DNA of 64,000 bases, taken from an uncultured Candidatus Rokubacteria bacterium. GTDB lineage: Bacteria > Methylomirabilota > Methylomirabilia > Rokubacteriales > CSP1-6. The stretch's first letter is position 1. Each line of letters begins with the position of its first letter. A program made the position numbers and the translations under genes. The notes beneath the pieces were generated by a model, which did no database searches, had not been told where the DNA came from, and was given only the letters and a program-made list of their open reading frames with translations. The stretch lies in the NCBI GenBank assembly GCA_963743355.1, contig CAVUPM010000001.1, forward strand, positions 849,736-913,735, written 5' to 3'. Shown here in pieces: positions 1 through 8,949 of the stretch.

Positions 1-275
1 CCGCCAGCGGCCCCGAAGGCCTCGCGCGTCTCGCCGACGGCGTCAAGGTGGACGTCGTCTTCACCGACCTCGGCATGCCGGAGATGACCGGCTGGGACGT
101 CGCCCGCGCCGTGCGCACGCGGTACCCCGGGCTGCCGGTCGGGCTCATCACCGGCTGGGCAGTGGCGCTGGAGATCAGCGACGAGGAGCGCCGCGCCGTC
201 AATTTCGTCATCGCCAAGCCCTACACGACGGAAGCGTTGCGGTCCGTGCTGGCCGCCATCCAGCCCGGGCACTGA
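1..275 (+). CDS. C-terminal response-regulator receiver domain (5'-partial)
   Basis: DVVFTDLGMPEMTG...LITGW...AKP receiver motifs; the frame runs off the left edge of the window. Confidence 0.8.
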   Translation, partial: ASGPEGLARLADGVKVDVVFTDLGMPEMTGWDVARAVRTRYPGLPVGLITGWAVALEISDEERRAVNFVIAKPYTTEALRSVLAAIQPGH

Positions 276-345
276 TCGACGACGAGGAGACCCGCAGCCC
301 CGTCCCTCCGCGGACGACCTGGTCCGCGCGGTCAGAGGCGCGCGC

Positions 346-1149
346 GTGTTCGACCTCTCGTTCACCTGGAACGAGCAGGCGCCGGTGCTGAGCCTGAACC
401 CGCCCTACGCCTTCGCGCTCAACCGCACGCACAAGATGACGCACGAGATCTTCGGGCAGGTGCCGGGCAGCCGCGTGTCGTGGGCCTCGGACATCATGTA
501 CTTCAGCGGGCAGCACGGCTCGCCCACGCTCGACGCCATCGGCCACATTGGCCGTGATCTCAAGCTGCACGGCGGTGTCGACGCGACGGCCGCCACCGCC
601 ATGCCGGGCGGGATCGGCGCCAGCCTCGGGATCGAGGCGTTCCCCGTCGACCTGATGCTCAACCGCGTGGTGATCCTCGACGTGGCCCGCCAGCTCGCCG
701 GCGGTCGCCCCGAGCCGCTGCCGCCGGGCTTCGAGATCACCGGTGCCCACTTCGAGCAGACGGCGAAGGCCCAGGGCGTGGAGGTGCGGCCGGGCGACTC
801 GCTGCTGATCCGCACCGGCTGGGGGCAGTTCTTCGGCAAGGACAATGCGAAGTTCCTCGGCGAGCAGTCGCCCGGCCCCGGGCAGGACGCCGCGCGCTGG
901 ATCATCGACCGCAAGGTGCGCCTGGCCGGCAACGACACCGCCACCTTCGAGAAGCGGCCGGCCGCCTACGGCAAGGAGCTGTTCAGCGTCCACATGATGC
1001 TGCTGGCCGACAACGGCATCTACATCATGGAGAACGCGAATCTGGAGCCGGTCGGCGACGCCCGGGTCGGCGTGGCGCTGCTGGTGGTGACGCCGCTCAA
1101 GATCGCGGGCGCGACCGGCTCGCCGCTGCGCGTGCTCGCGATCGCCTGA
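346..1149 (+). CDS. Cyclase family (kynurenine formamidase-like) metal-dependent hydrolase
   Basis: FDLS start, QHGSPTLDAIGH (variant of HxGTHxDxxxH), GDSLLIRTGW, GIYIMEN, TPLKIAGATGSPLRVLA; true start uncertain. Confidence 0.85.
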   Translation: MFDLSFTWNEQAPVLSLNPPYAFALNRTHKMTHEIFGQVPGSRVSWASDIMYFSGQHGSPTLDAIGHIGRDLKLHGGVDATAATAMPGGIGASLGIEAFPVDLMLNRVVILDVARQLAGGRPEPLPPGFEITGAHFEQTAKAQGVEVRPGDSLLIRTGWGQFFGKDNAKFLGEQSPGPGQDAARWIIDRKVRLAGNDTATFEKRPAAYGKELFSVHMMLLADNGIYIMENANLEPVGDARVGVALLVVTPLKIAGATGSPLRVLAIA

Positions 1150-1155
1150 CGCCGG

Positions 1156-1911
1156 TCAGCGCGGGCGGGCGGGCGCCGGCGCCGCGGGCCGGGCCGGCGC
1201 CGCACCGGGCTTGGCGTCGTCCACGCGCAGCTCGACGCGCCCGGTCGGTGTCTTGAGCACCACGCTCCACTCGCCGATCGTCTCCACCACCGCGTTGCCG
1301 ATCGTGTCGCCCGCCGCGTAGCGACGCACCTGCCGGGTGGTGGGATCGAAGATGTAGGCGTGCTTCTGTTCGTCCAGCACGACGATGCCGTAGACCAGCG
1401 GCTCCTTCGACGGCGGCCGGGGTCCGGGCGCCGGCGGCGGCGCCACGCGCGCTCCCGGCGCCGGGGGCCCCTGGCTCTCGGGCGCCGGGCGCGGCGGCGG
1501 CGGCGCGGCGGCCACGCCGTCCGCTCGCGGCAGCACGATGCGAAGCCCCTCGCGGTCCTGCTCGATCACGTAGGCGACCTTGCGCCGCAGCTCGATCACC
1601 AGCCGGGCCACGCCCTTGCGGAACTGGCTGCCGCGCAGCTCGCGCACGGGGTCGGCGCCCACCGGCAGCGGGCGCGCGGTCCAGCGGTACGCCGTGTCCT
1701 CGAAGTCGAGCACCAGGCGCCACGGGCTGTCCATCAGCTCGCCCTGGTACTTCACGGGCCGGCTCAACCGCACCCACACCTCGACGGCCGCGTCGCGCTC
1801 GACGATCGTCGCCTCGGTCAGCTCGGACGTCGGCTCCCCCTGGGCCCGCACGGCGGCCGGCAGCGCCACCAGCACGGCCAGGAGCACCAGCAAGGCGCGA
1901 GCGGGGGTCAC
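1156..1911 (-). CDS. Secreted AMIN-domain protein with Pro-rich linker and a PilP/GspC-HR-like C-terminal domain
   Basis: GTG at 1911 with AGGAG RBS; signal peptide; PWRLVLDF...LRGSQF...ARLVIEL (AMIN); C-terminal VYGIV...AYI...YAAGDTIGNAVVETI. Confidence 0.7.
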   Translation of the reverse strand: MTPARALLVLLAVLVALPAAVRAQGEPTSELTEATIVERDAAVEVWVRLSRPVKYQGELMDSPWRLVLDFEDTAYRWTARPLPVGADPVRELRGSQFRKGVARLVIELRRKVAYVIEQDREGLRIVLPRADGVAAAPPPPRPAPESQGPPAPGARVAPPPAPGPRPPSKEPLVYGIVVLDEQKHAYIFDPTTRQVRRYAAGDTIGNAVVETIGEWSVVLKTPTGRVELRVDDAKPGAAPARPAAPAPARPR

Positions 1912-1916
1912 GCTCC

Positions 1917-3080
1917 TCAGCGACCGGCCGCCAGCGGGTAGAGCCGTGCGCAATTGTCCCAGAGGATCTTGGCCTTGGTCTTGTCGCTCACGCCCTCGAG
2001 CGCCACGAATTCGTTCATGGCGTCGGGGAAGAGGCCGTCGGAGTGCGGGTAGTCGGTGGACACGACGATGTTGTCGTCGCCGATGGCCTCCACGACCTGG
2101 GGCAGCACGCGCTCGTCGGCGTCGGTGGCCACGAAGCACTGGCGGAAGAAGTACTCGCTCGGGCGCGCCGAGACCTTGACCTCGGAGCCGGGGCCGAACT
2201 TCTCCCACGCCTCGTCCAGGCGCCAGAGCCACCACGGCAGCCAGCCGCACGTGCCCTCCAGGAACGCGCAGCGCAGCCCGGGGTGACGCTCCAGCACGCC
2301 GCCGGCCGCCAGGCTGGCGAAGGCCAGCATCAGCTCCATCGGGTTGCGCGCGGCGCTGCCGATCAGGCGGCCGTTGGGATGATCGAGCATGCGGCGGGCG
2401 ATGTCGTCGCGCAGCGACGACTGCCCGGTCGGGTGGAAGCCGACGGGGACGCCCAGCTCCTCGACCGCCTCCCACAGCGGCTCGAACTCGGGGTCGTGGA
2501 TGTGGCGACCGTTGATGGGGTTGGGGTTGCCGATCACGGCCACCGCCCCCAGCTCGCGCACGGCGCGCCGCGCCTCCGTCACGGCCGAGGACACGTCGTG
2601 GAACGCGAGCTGGGCGGCGAACTTCAGCCGCCCGGGGTCGAGGGCGCAGTAGTCGCGCGTCCAGTCGTTGTGCGCCCGCGCCAGCGCGGCCGCCACCCGG
2701 GGATCGAGGTCGTCGTGCATCAGCACCTGGCGGCCGCGGGTGCCGTAGAGAACGCCGACGTCGATGCCCTCGATGTCCATCGCCATCAGGTGCGACCCGG
2801 CGTCGTAGCGGCGGGCGGCGGCCACCGCGTTGTGCGGGTGCCTGGCCACGCTGCGACGGTGCAGGTCGGCGCCGACCGCCGCCGAGGCCGGCCGCAGGCT
2901 CATCTCACCGATGGTGAGGCCGTCGACCTGGATGGTCGGCTGGTTGGGCGCGCGCTCGCCGCCGCGCGTGAAGGCCGGGGCCGCCTTGCGGAACGGCTCC
3001 TCCAGGTACTTCTCCCAGAGGTCGTCCGGCTCCATCGTGTGCAGATCGCTGTCCATGATGCGGAAACCGCGCTTGGCCAT
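1917..3080 (-). CDS. Amidohydrolase_2 family protein
   Basis: IMDSDLH, HP motif, FLEG..GW, STDYPHSD, ILWDNCARLY. Confidence 0.9.
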   Translation of the reverse strand: MAKRGFRIMDSDLHTMEPDDLWEKYLEEPFRKAAPAFTRGGERAPNQPTIQVDGLTIGEMSLRPASAAVGADLHRRSVARHPHNAVAAARRYDAGSHLMAMDIEGIDVGVLYGTRGRQVLMHDDLDPRVAAALARAHNDWTRDYCALDPGRLKFAAQLAFHDVSSAVTEARRAVRELGAVAVIGNPNPINGRHIHDPEFEPLWEAVEELGVPVGFHPTGQSSLRDDIARRMLDHPNGRLIGSAARNPMELMLAFASLAAGGVLERHPGLRCAFLEGTCGWLPWWLWRLDEAWEKFGPGSEVKVSARPSEYFFRQCFVATDADERVLPQVVEAIGDDNIVVSTDYPHSDGLFPDAMNEFVALEGVSDKTKAKILWDNCARLYPLAAGR

Positions 3081-3209
3081 CGGACGCCTCCCTGCCCGCC
3101 CGCCGCGGGCGCGTCACGCGGAGCATACCGCGCGCGCCCGGCCGGAGGCCAGCCGAGAGCGCGCGGCGGGGAGATCACGAACGCCCGGCCGGCGGGCGCC
3201 CGAGCAGCC

Positions 3210-3857
3210 CTACGGGAGGGTGACCGGGATCACCACGCGGCCCAGTGTCTCGCCGGTCCGCGCATCGACCAGCCGCGCGGTGAACTCGACCCGACCGGCG
3301 GGCGCGGGGCCTCGCTCGACGTACACGAAGCCGCTCGCCGTCTGACCAGCCTCCAGCACGCCCTCGTGGAGGGCGCGGCTCAGCACGTCGGGGGACGGCA
3401 GCGAGAACTGCTCGCCCACGCGCGCCACCGGATCGGCCGACGCCCCCAGCGCTGGCCCGCCCAACGCCCAGTCCTGCGCACGGGGATAGGCTTCTGCGCC
3501 CAGCGAGAACCCGGCGCTCGGCAGCGCCGCCGGCGGCGGATTGTACACGACGCCGCGCACCTCCTGCGGCAGCACCGCGGCCAGCCGTCGGCCGTCCGCC
3601 CGGACCAGCGCGAAGTCGTCGTGGTGCACGCGGACCGGCGTGGCGCCTCGGTTGGTGATGCTCACGTGGACCGGCGTCACGAAGCGTGAGAGATCGGAAG
3701 GCCACCAGCGCCACGCCCTGGTGCCGACCGCGACCTGGATGTCGGCCACCACCGCCGCGGCCGCATCGCCCGCGGCCGCATCGGACGCCCGGCGGGCCTC
3801 GGTGGCGGCACAACCGGCGAGCACCAGCAGGCCGAGGGTGGCAACCAGACGACGCAT
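3210..3857 (-). CDS. Hypothetical lipoprotein
   Basis: MRRLVATLGLLVLAGC lipobox; start at 3857 lies inside the longer listed ORF. Confidence 0.75.
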   Translation of the reverse strand: MRRLVATLGLLVLAGCAATEARRASDAAAGDAAAAVVADIQVAVGTRAWRWWPSDLSRFVTPVHVSITNRGATPVRVHHDDFALVRADGRRLAAVLPQEVRGVVYNPPPAALPSAGFSLGAEAYPRAQDWALGGPALGASADPVARVGEQFSLPSPDVLSRALHEGVLEAGQTASGFVYVERGPAPAGRVEFTARLVDARTGETLGRVVIPVTLP

Positions 3858-3947
3858 CGGGCCGCCGTCCATGCACGCGCGGTGCCGTCGAGGCCGCCTC
3901 CGCCCCGATTTACCGGCTCCGGCAGCGGTGTGAGAGCATGGAGCGGC

Positions 3948-5735
3948 ATGCTGAATGACGTTCGGGCGTGCCTGGGGTTGCTGTCGCCGCAGGCGCGCTG
4001 GCGCTGGGCCGCGTTGATCCCGCTCGCGCTGGCCTCGGCCGCGGCGGAGGCGGTCGGCGCCGGGGCGGCGTTCGGGTTGATCACGATCCTGGGCGATCCC
4101 GCGCGGGCCGCGACCCTGCCGGTCGCCTCGTGGATCTTCCCCCACCTGCCCTCGCACGACGCCTCGACGGTCATCCTGGCCTTCACGCTGCTGGTCATGG
4201 CGTTCTACATCGCCCGCAACGCGCTGCTGGCCGTGGTGACCTGGGTGCAGGAGCAGGCGCTGAGCGTCTCCGTGCAGCAGCTCTCCCACCGCCTGCTCGC
4301 CGCCTACCTGGCCGCCCCGTACGCGTTTCACGTTCGCCACAACTCGGCGGGGCTCATCCACCGGGTGACCGACGCCGCGCACAGCGTCTTCCGCGGCGTG
4401 CTCGGCTCGCTGGTCAGCGTGACGTGCGAGGCGCTGGTCGTGGCCGGCATCGTCGTCATCCTCGCGCTGACGGCACCGGGCGTGACCCTGGTGGCGGTCG
4501 TCGTGGTGGGCGGGCTACTGCTGCTGCCGCTGACGCTGTCGCGCCACGCCACCGCGCGCTGGGGGCAGGCGGTCGCGCGGCTCGACGGCGAGACGCTGCA
4601 GACGCTGCAGCAGAGCCTGGGCGGCGTGAAGGAGGTCAAGCTCAGCGGGCGCGAGAGCTTCTTCCTCGCCCAGTTCGACGAGCGGGTGGCGGGCGCGGCG
4701 CGCCTGCGCACGCGGTACGCCGCCGTCGCCTCCACCCTGAGGATGGGGGTCGAGACCGTCTTCGTGTGCGGCCTGCTCGCGGTGAGCCTGCTCCTCACCC
4801 TCGAGAGCGGCGCCGCCGCCCTGCCGCTGCTGGGCCTCTACGCGTACGCCGGCTTCCGGGTGATCCCATCGGCCAACCGCATCATGATGTACGTCAGCGA
4901 GCTGCGCTACAGCCGTGCCTGGATCCACGACCTGCGCGACGACCTCGCCGCCCTGCCCCCGCCGGCGCCGCCGACCGGCCCCGGCGCGCCCGAGCCGATC
5001 CGCTTCACCCGCGCCGTCGCGCTCGAGGGGGTGTCCTACACCTACGCGGACGAGGCGGACCCAGTGCTGGTCGACGTGAACCTCACGATCGCCCGAGGCG
5101 AGTCGATCGGGATCGTCGGGCCGTCGGGCGCCGGCAAGAGCACGCTGGTGGACCTGCTCCTCGGCCTGCTGACGCCGACGTCCGGGCGGATCACCGTCGA
5201 CGGGCGCGCCATCACCGGCGCGCTGCGCTCGTGGCAGCGGCACATCGGCTACGTCGCCCAGGAGCCGTTCGTCCTCGACGACACGCTGCGCCGCAACGTC
5301 GCCTTCGGCGTCGCCGACGCCGAGATCGACGACCGCCGGGTGGGCGCGGCGCTGCGGCTGGCCCAGCTCGCCGACTTCGTGACGGGCCTGCCGCAGGGGA
5401 TCGACACCATGCTCGGCGAGCGCGGCACGCGGCTGTCGGGCGGGCAGCGCCAGCGGGTGGCGATCGCCCGCGCGCTCTACGACGAGCCGGAGGTGCTGGT
5501 CTTCGACGAGGCCACCTCCGCGCTCGACACGCCCACCGAGCGGGAGCTGATCGCGGCGCTGGAGGCCCTGCGCGGCGTGAAGACGCTGGTGGTCATCGCG
5601 CACCGGCTCACGACCGTGCGCCGCTGCGACCGCCTGGCCGTGCTGCGCGACGGGCGGCTGGCGGCGGTCGGGCCCTACGACGAGCTGCTCGAGCGCGACG
5701 CCGGCTTCCGCGCCATGGCCGGCTCAGCCCCGTGA
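3948..5735 (+). CDS. ABC exporter (TMD+NBD), PglK/HetA-like lipid-linked oligosaccharide flippase
   Basis: 6 TM segments; Walker A GPSGAGKST, LSGGQRQR, VFDEATSALD; GGVKEVKL and YAGFRVIPSANRI segments typical of the PglK-like subfamily; adjacent to glycosyltransferases. Confidence 0.8.
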   Translation: MLNDVRACLGLLSPQARWRWAALIPLALASAAAEAVGAGAAFGLITILGDPARAATLPVASWIFPHLPSHDASTVILAFTLLVMAFYIARNALLAVVTWVQEQALSVSVQQLSHRLLAAYLAAPYAFHVRHNSAGLIHRVTDAAHSVFRGVLGSLVSVTCEALVVAGIVVILALTAPGVTLVAVVVVGGLLLLPLTLSRHATARWGQAVARLDGETLQTLQQSLGGVKEVKLSGRESFFLAQFDERVAGAARLRTRYAAVASTLRMGVETVFVCGLLAVSLLLTLESGAAALPLLGLYAYAGFRVIPSANRIMMYVSELRYSRAWIHDLRDDLAALPPPAPPTGPGAPEPIRFTRAVALEGVSYTYADEADPVLVDVNLTIARGESIGIVGPSGAGKSTLVDLLLGLLTPTSGRITVDGRAITGALRSWQRHIGYVAQEPFVLDDTLRRNVAFGVADAEIDDRRVGAALRLAQLADFVTGLPQGIDTMLGERGTRLSGGQRQRVAIARALYDEPEVLVFDEATSALDTPTERELIAALEALRGVKTLVVIAHRLTTVRRCDRLAVLRDGRLAAVGPYDELLERDAGFRAMAGSAP

Positions 5736-6878
5736 CGTAGCCGCCGCCGCGATCACCGCCCGGAACTCCCGCACGAAGGTCTCGGTCGAGAAGCGGCGCG
5801 CCTGGACGGCGAGGCGCCCGCGCAGGTCCGCCTCCTCGCCGGGATCGCGCATGGTACGCAGGATGCTGGCCGCCGCGCTCTCCACCGTGTCGTAGCGCAG
5901 CCGCGGATCGCCCACGATCTCCACCTGGCCGCCGTCGTTGGGCACCCACACGATGCAGCCGGCGTGCACCATCTCGGCCACGACCATGCCGTAGTGCTCG
6001 TTGAGGTGGCCGTGGATGCCGTAGCGGTGCCGCGCCATCAGCGCCGCCAGCGCCTCGCGCGACAGCCCCGACTCCAGCGTGATCCACGGCCCCTCGGCGC
6101 GGACCCGGGCGGCGATGCGCTCGGCGTAGGCGCCCTCCGGCGTGCCGACGATGCGCAGCCGGGTGTCGGGGATCTCGGCCCGCACGCGGGCGAGGATGTC
6201 GATCACGCGGTCGAGCTGCTTGTCGGGCGCGATCCGGCCGACGCAGAGGAACGTGCGCTCCCGTGCCGGCCAGTCCACCGCGGGGAAGCTCCCCATGACC
6301 GGCGGGTACAGCGTGCGGGGGACGAGGCCGTAGCGCTGGTCGACGAGGCGGCCGACGTAGTCGGAGCTCACCAGCGCGGGTGTCTGGCGCATCCGCTCGT
6401 CCGAGAACTCCGCCAGCCGGATGCACAGCTCGCGGTACGCGGTAACGAGGCCCCGCCAGTGATACCAGCGTGTCTCCAGCGCCGGCCGTGGCAGCAGGTC
6501 CCATGGGTAGTTGATGTACTGCACGCCTTGGGGGCCGAAGTCGGCCTCGTTGTCGCCGGTCAGCAGCACGTCGAAGTCGCGCGCCCGGCGCTTGGCCAGG
6601 CGCAGCAGGATGGCGGTGCGCAAGAGATAGATCGGAGCCGGGATCGCCTCGATCAGCATGCGCAGCGCCGGCGCCGGCCGGGCCAGCGTGAAATCCTGGG
6701 GGCGCAGGGTGGTGCCGAAGAATTGGTTGAGGGCGTTGAGGTCCGGCCGGTGCCAGGACAGCAGCGTGACCGCGTGGTCATCCTTGAGCGCCTCGACCAT
6801 CCAGGCGGCGACGCCGGCCGAGCCGCCCGGCGGCGCCAGCTCGCGCTGCACGAGCAGGACGCGCGGCCGGCGCGTCAC
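5724..6878 (-). CDS. GT4 glycosyltransferase, ALG11-like (putative alpha-1,2-mannosyltransferase)
   Basis: GTG start overlaps the upstream TGA; QYINYP, LYPP, VGRIAPDK, GIHGHLNEHYGMVVAEMVHAG..PNDGG resemble ALG11 YVHYP / GLHxMWNEHFGIxVVExMAAG. Confidence 0.7.
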   Translation of the reverse strand: MTRRPRVLLVQRELAPPGGSAGVAAWMVEALKDDHAVTLLSWHRPDLNALNQFFGTTLRPQDFTLARPAPALRMLIEAIPAPIYLLRTAILLRLAKRRARDFDVLLTGDNEADFGPQGVQYINYPWDLLPRPALETRWYHWRGLVTAYRELCIRLAEFSDERMRQTPALVSSDYVGRLVDQRYGLVPRTLYPPVMGSFPAVDWPARERTFLCVGRIAPDKQLDRVIDILARVRAEIPDTRLRIVGTPEGAYAERIAARVRAEGPWITLESGLSREALAALMARHRYGIHGHLNEHYGMVVAEMVHAGCIVWVPNDGGQVEIVGDPRLRYDTVESAAASILRTMRDPGEEADLRGRLAVQARRFSTETFVREFRAVIAAAATSRG

Positions 6879-7822
6879 CGCACGCGCAGGGTCGTGAGCG
6901 CCAGCAGCGAGAAGGAGATCGAGACGCCGTAGAGCAGCAGCACGGCCTTGCGGTGCGACAGGCCGAGGCCGAGCAGGCGGTGGTGCACGTGCTGCTGGTC
7001 GGCGAGGAACACGTGGCGCAGCCCCTGCCCGCGCAGGCGGCGCACCACCGAGTGCAGCGTCTCGGAGATCGGAAGGGCGAAGAGCAGCAGCGGTCCGATC
7101 ACCACCAGCGCGGTCGCGCCCTTCTGGAAGCTGGTGATGGCGGTCACCGCCAGCACGTAGCCGACCACGAGGCTGCCGGAGTCGCCGAGGAAGATGGTCG
7201 CGGGGTTGAAGTTGTAGGGCAGGAAGCCGCACAGCGCCCCCAGCAGCACCACGAGCAGCATCCCGCCCTGGACGTCGTCGCGCGCCAGCGAGACCACCGC
7301 GCACGTCGCCGCCGCGATGATGGCCAGGCCGGTGGCGAGGCCGTCGAGCCCGTCCATGACGTTGAAGGCGTTGGTGAGCCCGACGAGCCACAGGATGGTC
7401 AGCGGCACCGCGAGCAGGCCGAGCCCGAGCGTCGAGCCGAAGAACGTGACGTGCTCGATGCGGACGCCGAGGGCAACGGTGACGCCGGCGCCGGCGAGCT
7501 GGACCGCGAGCTTCACCCGCGCCGGCAGCGGCCGCACGTCGTCCCAGAGCCCGATCCCGAAGACGAGCGCGCCACCGAGCAGGACGGGCAGCCATGACTG
7601 CACGTCGGCGGCACTCGCGTGGCCGGTGGCGGCGGTCGCCGCCAGCACGAGCACCATGGCGAGGACGACGCCGACGCCCCCGACGCGCGGGATCGAGACG
7701 GTGTGGATCTTGCGCCCGCCCGGCGCGTCGACCAGGTTGAAGCGGCGCGCGAGCGCGCGCACGACCGGCGTGAGGGCGAGCGCCAGCAGCGCCGCCGCCC
7801 CGATCAGCAGCAGGTGGATCAC
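6875..7822 (-). CDS. Polyprenyl-phosphate GlcNAc-1-phosphate transferase (WecA/TagO type, PNPT family; ALG7-equivalent step)
   Basis: DAPGGRKIH..PRVGG, GLWDD, NAFNVMDGLDGLA, FLPYNFNPATIFLGDSGS, DQQHVHHRL; multi-TM. Confidence 0.9.
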   Translation of the reverse strand: MIHLLLIGAAALLALALTPVVRALARRFNLVDAPGGRKIHTVSIPRVGGVGVVLAMVLVLAATAATGHASAADVQSWLPVLLGGALVFGIGLWDDVRPLPARVKLAVQLAGAGVTVALGVRIEHVTFFGSTLGLGLLAVPLTILWLVGLTNAFNVMDGLDGLATGLAIIAAATCAVVSLARDDVQGGMLLVVLLGALCGFLPYNFNPATIFLGDSGSLVVGYVLAVTAITSFQKGATALVVIGPLLLFALPISETLHSVVRRLRGQGLRHVFLADQQHVHHRLLGLGLSHRKAVLLLYGVSISFSLLALTTLRVR

Positions 7823-8919
7823 CAGCGGTCCGTCATCAAGATCTCGCAGTCGGCCACGATGCGCGCCGCGGCGTCCGGCCGCGCGAGCCGCCGCGCGGCG
7901 GCAGCGGCAGCCGTCCAGCCCGCCTCGCCGAGGAGCGCGGCCACCCGGGCGGCGAGCGGGTCGCGCCGCCACTCGGCTTCGCGGACGACGACCCCGGCAC
8001 CGGCGGCGGCGAAGGCGACCGCGTTGGCGGCCTGGTGATCGCCGGGGGCATCGGTCAGCGGCACCAGCAACGCGGGCACGCCGGCGGCGGCGACCTCGGC
8101 AATCGTACCCGCGCCCGAGCGGGCGACGACGAGGTCGGCCCAGCGATACGCGCTGGCGATCTCGTCGAGGTACGGCGCCACCGTCGCCTTCACGCCGGCC
8201 AGCCGGTACGCGTGGGCCACCCAGTCCGCGGCGAGCTGCCCCGACTGGTGCAGCACCTCGACGGCGACGCCGCGCCGCTCGACAGCGGCCAGCAGGTCAG
8301 GGACGCGCTCGGCCAGGAACCGCTCGCCGCGCGTGCTGCTCAGCACCAGCACGCGCGCGAGGCGATCGCGGTCGGGCGCCGCCCGCCGCTCGCCGGCCAG
8401 CGCGGCGATGTCGGCGCGCACGGGGTGGCCGGTCACCAGCGGGTCGCGGGCCGCCAACGCCGGCGCGGCGGCGGCGAACCCCAGGTAGACGCGGTGCGCG
8501 AATGGCGCGAGCAGGCGGTTGGCGAGGCCGGGAACGACGTTCGCCTCGTGGATCACGACCCGCGCCCCCAGCGTGCGCGCGGCCAGCAGGATCGCGCCCG
8601 ACGCGTAGCCGCCGACACCGAGGACCAGCCGGGTGTGCCGCGCCCGCAGCACCCGTCGCGCCTGGAGCAGGCCGGTCACGACCCGGCCCGCCGCGGCGAG
8701 CCGGGCGCCGGGCCCCACGTTCACGAGCGGCGAGGCGCTCACCGGCTCCAGCGCGTAGCCGGAGCGGCCGAGCAGTCGCGCCGCCAGCGGATCGAGCGCC
8801 CCGGCGAAGCGCACCTCCACGTCGGCATACCGTGCGCGATAGGCCTCGGCGATCGCGAGGGCCGGGTACACGTGGCCGGCGGTGGGACCGACGGCGATCA
8901 GGAGGCGTCGGCGCGGTAT
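7819..8919 (-). CDS. MurG-like GT28 GlcNAc transferase outside a dcw cluster (putative ALG13/14-equivalent)
   Basis: GPTAGHVYPALA, GGYAS, HEANVVPGLANR, RSGAGTIAE, DHQAANA; start inferred at an ATA codon 6 nt after GAGGAG. Confidence 0.8.
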   Translation of the reverse strand: MPRRRLLIAVGPTAGHVYPALAIAEAYRARYADVEVRFAGALDPLAARLLGRSGYALEPVSASPLVNVGPGARLAAAGRVVTGLLQARRVLRARHTRLVLGVGGYASGAILLAARTLGARVVIHEANVVPGLANRLLAPFAHRVYLGFAAAAPALAARDPLVTGHPVRADIAALAGERRAAPDRDRLARVLVLSSTRGERFLAERVPDLLAAVERRGVAVEVLHQSGQLAADWVAHAYRLAGVKATVAPYLDEIASAYRWADLVVARSGAGTIAEVAAAGVPALLVPLTDAPGDHQAANAVAFAAAGAGVVVREAEWRRDPLAARVAALLGEAGWTAAAAAARRLARPDAAARIVADCEILMTDRW

Positions 8920-8949
8920 GGTAGGCTCCTCGTGGCTTCGCAGCGTTCT

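Noticed and set aside
6875-8919. mraY-murG peptidoglycan genes
   Set aside because: The transferase has WecA/TagO motifs, the MurG G-loops are altered and no dcw neighbours are present
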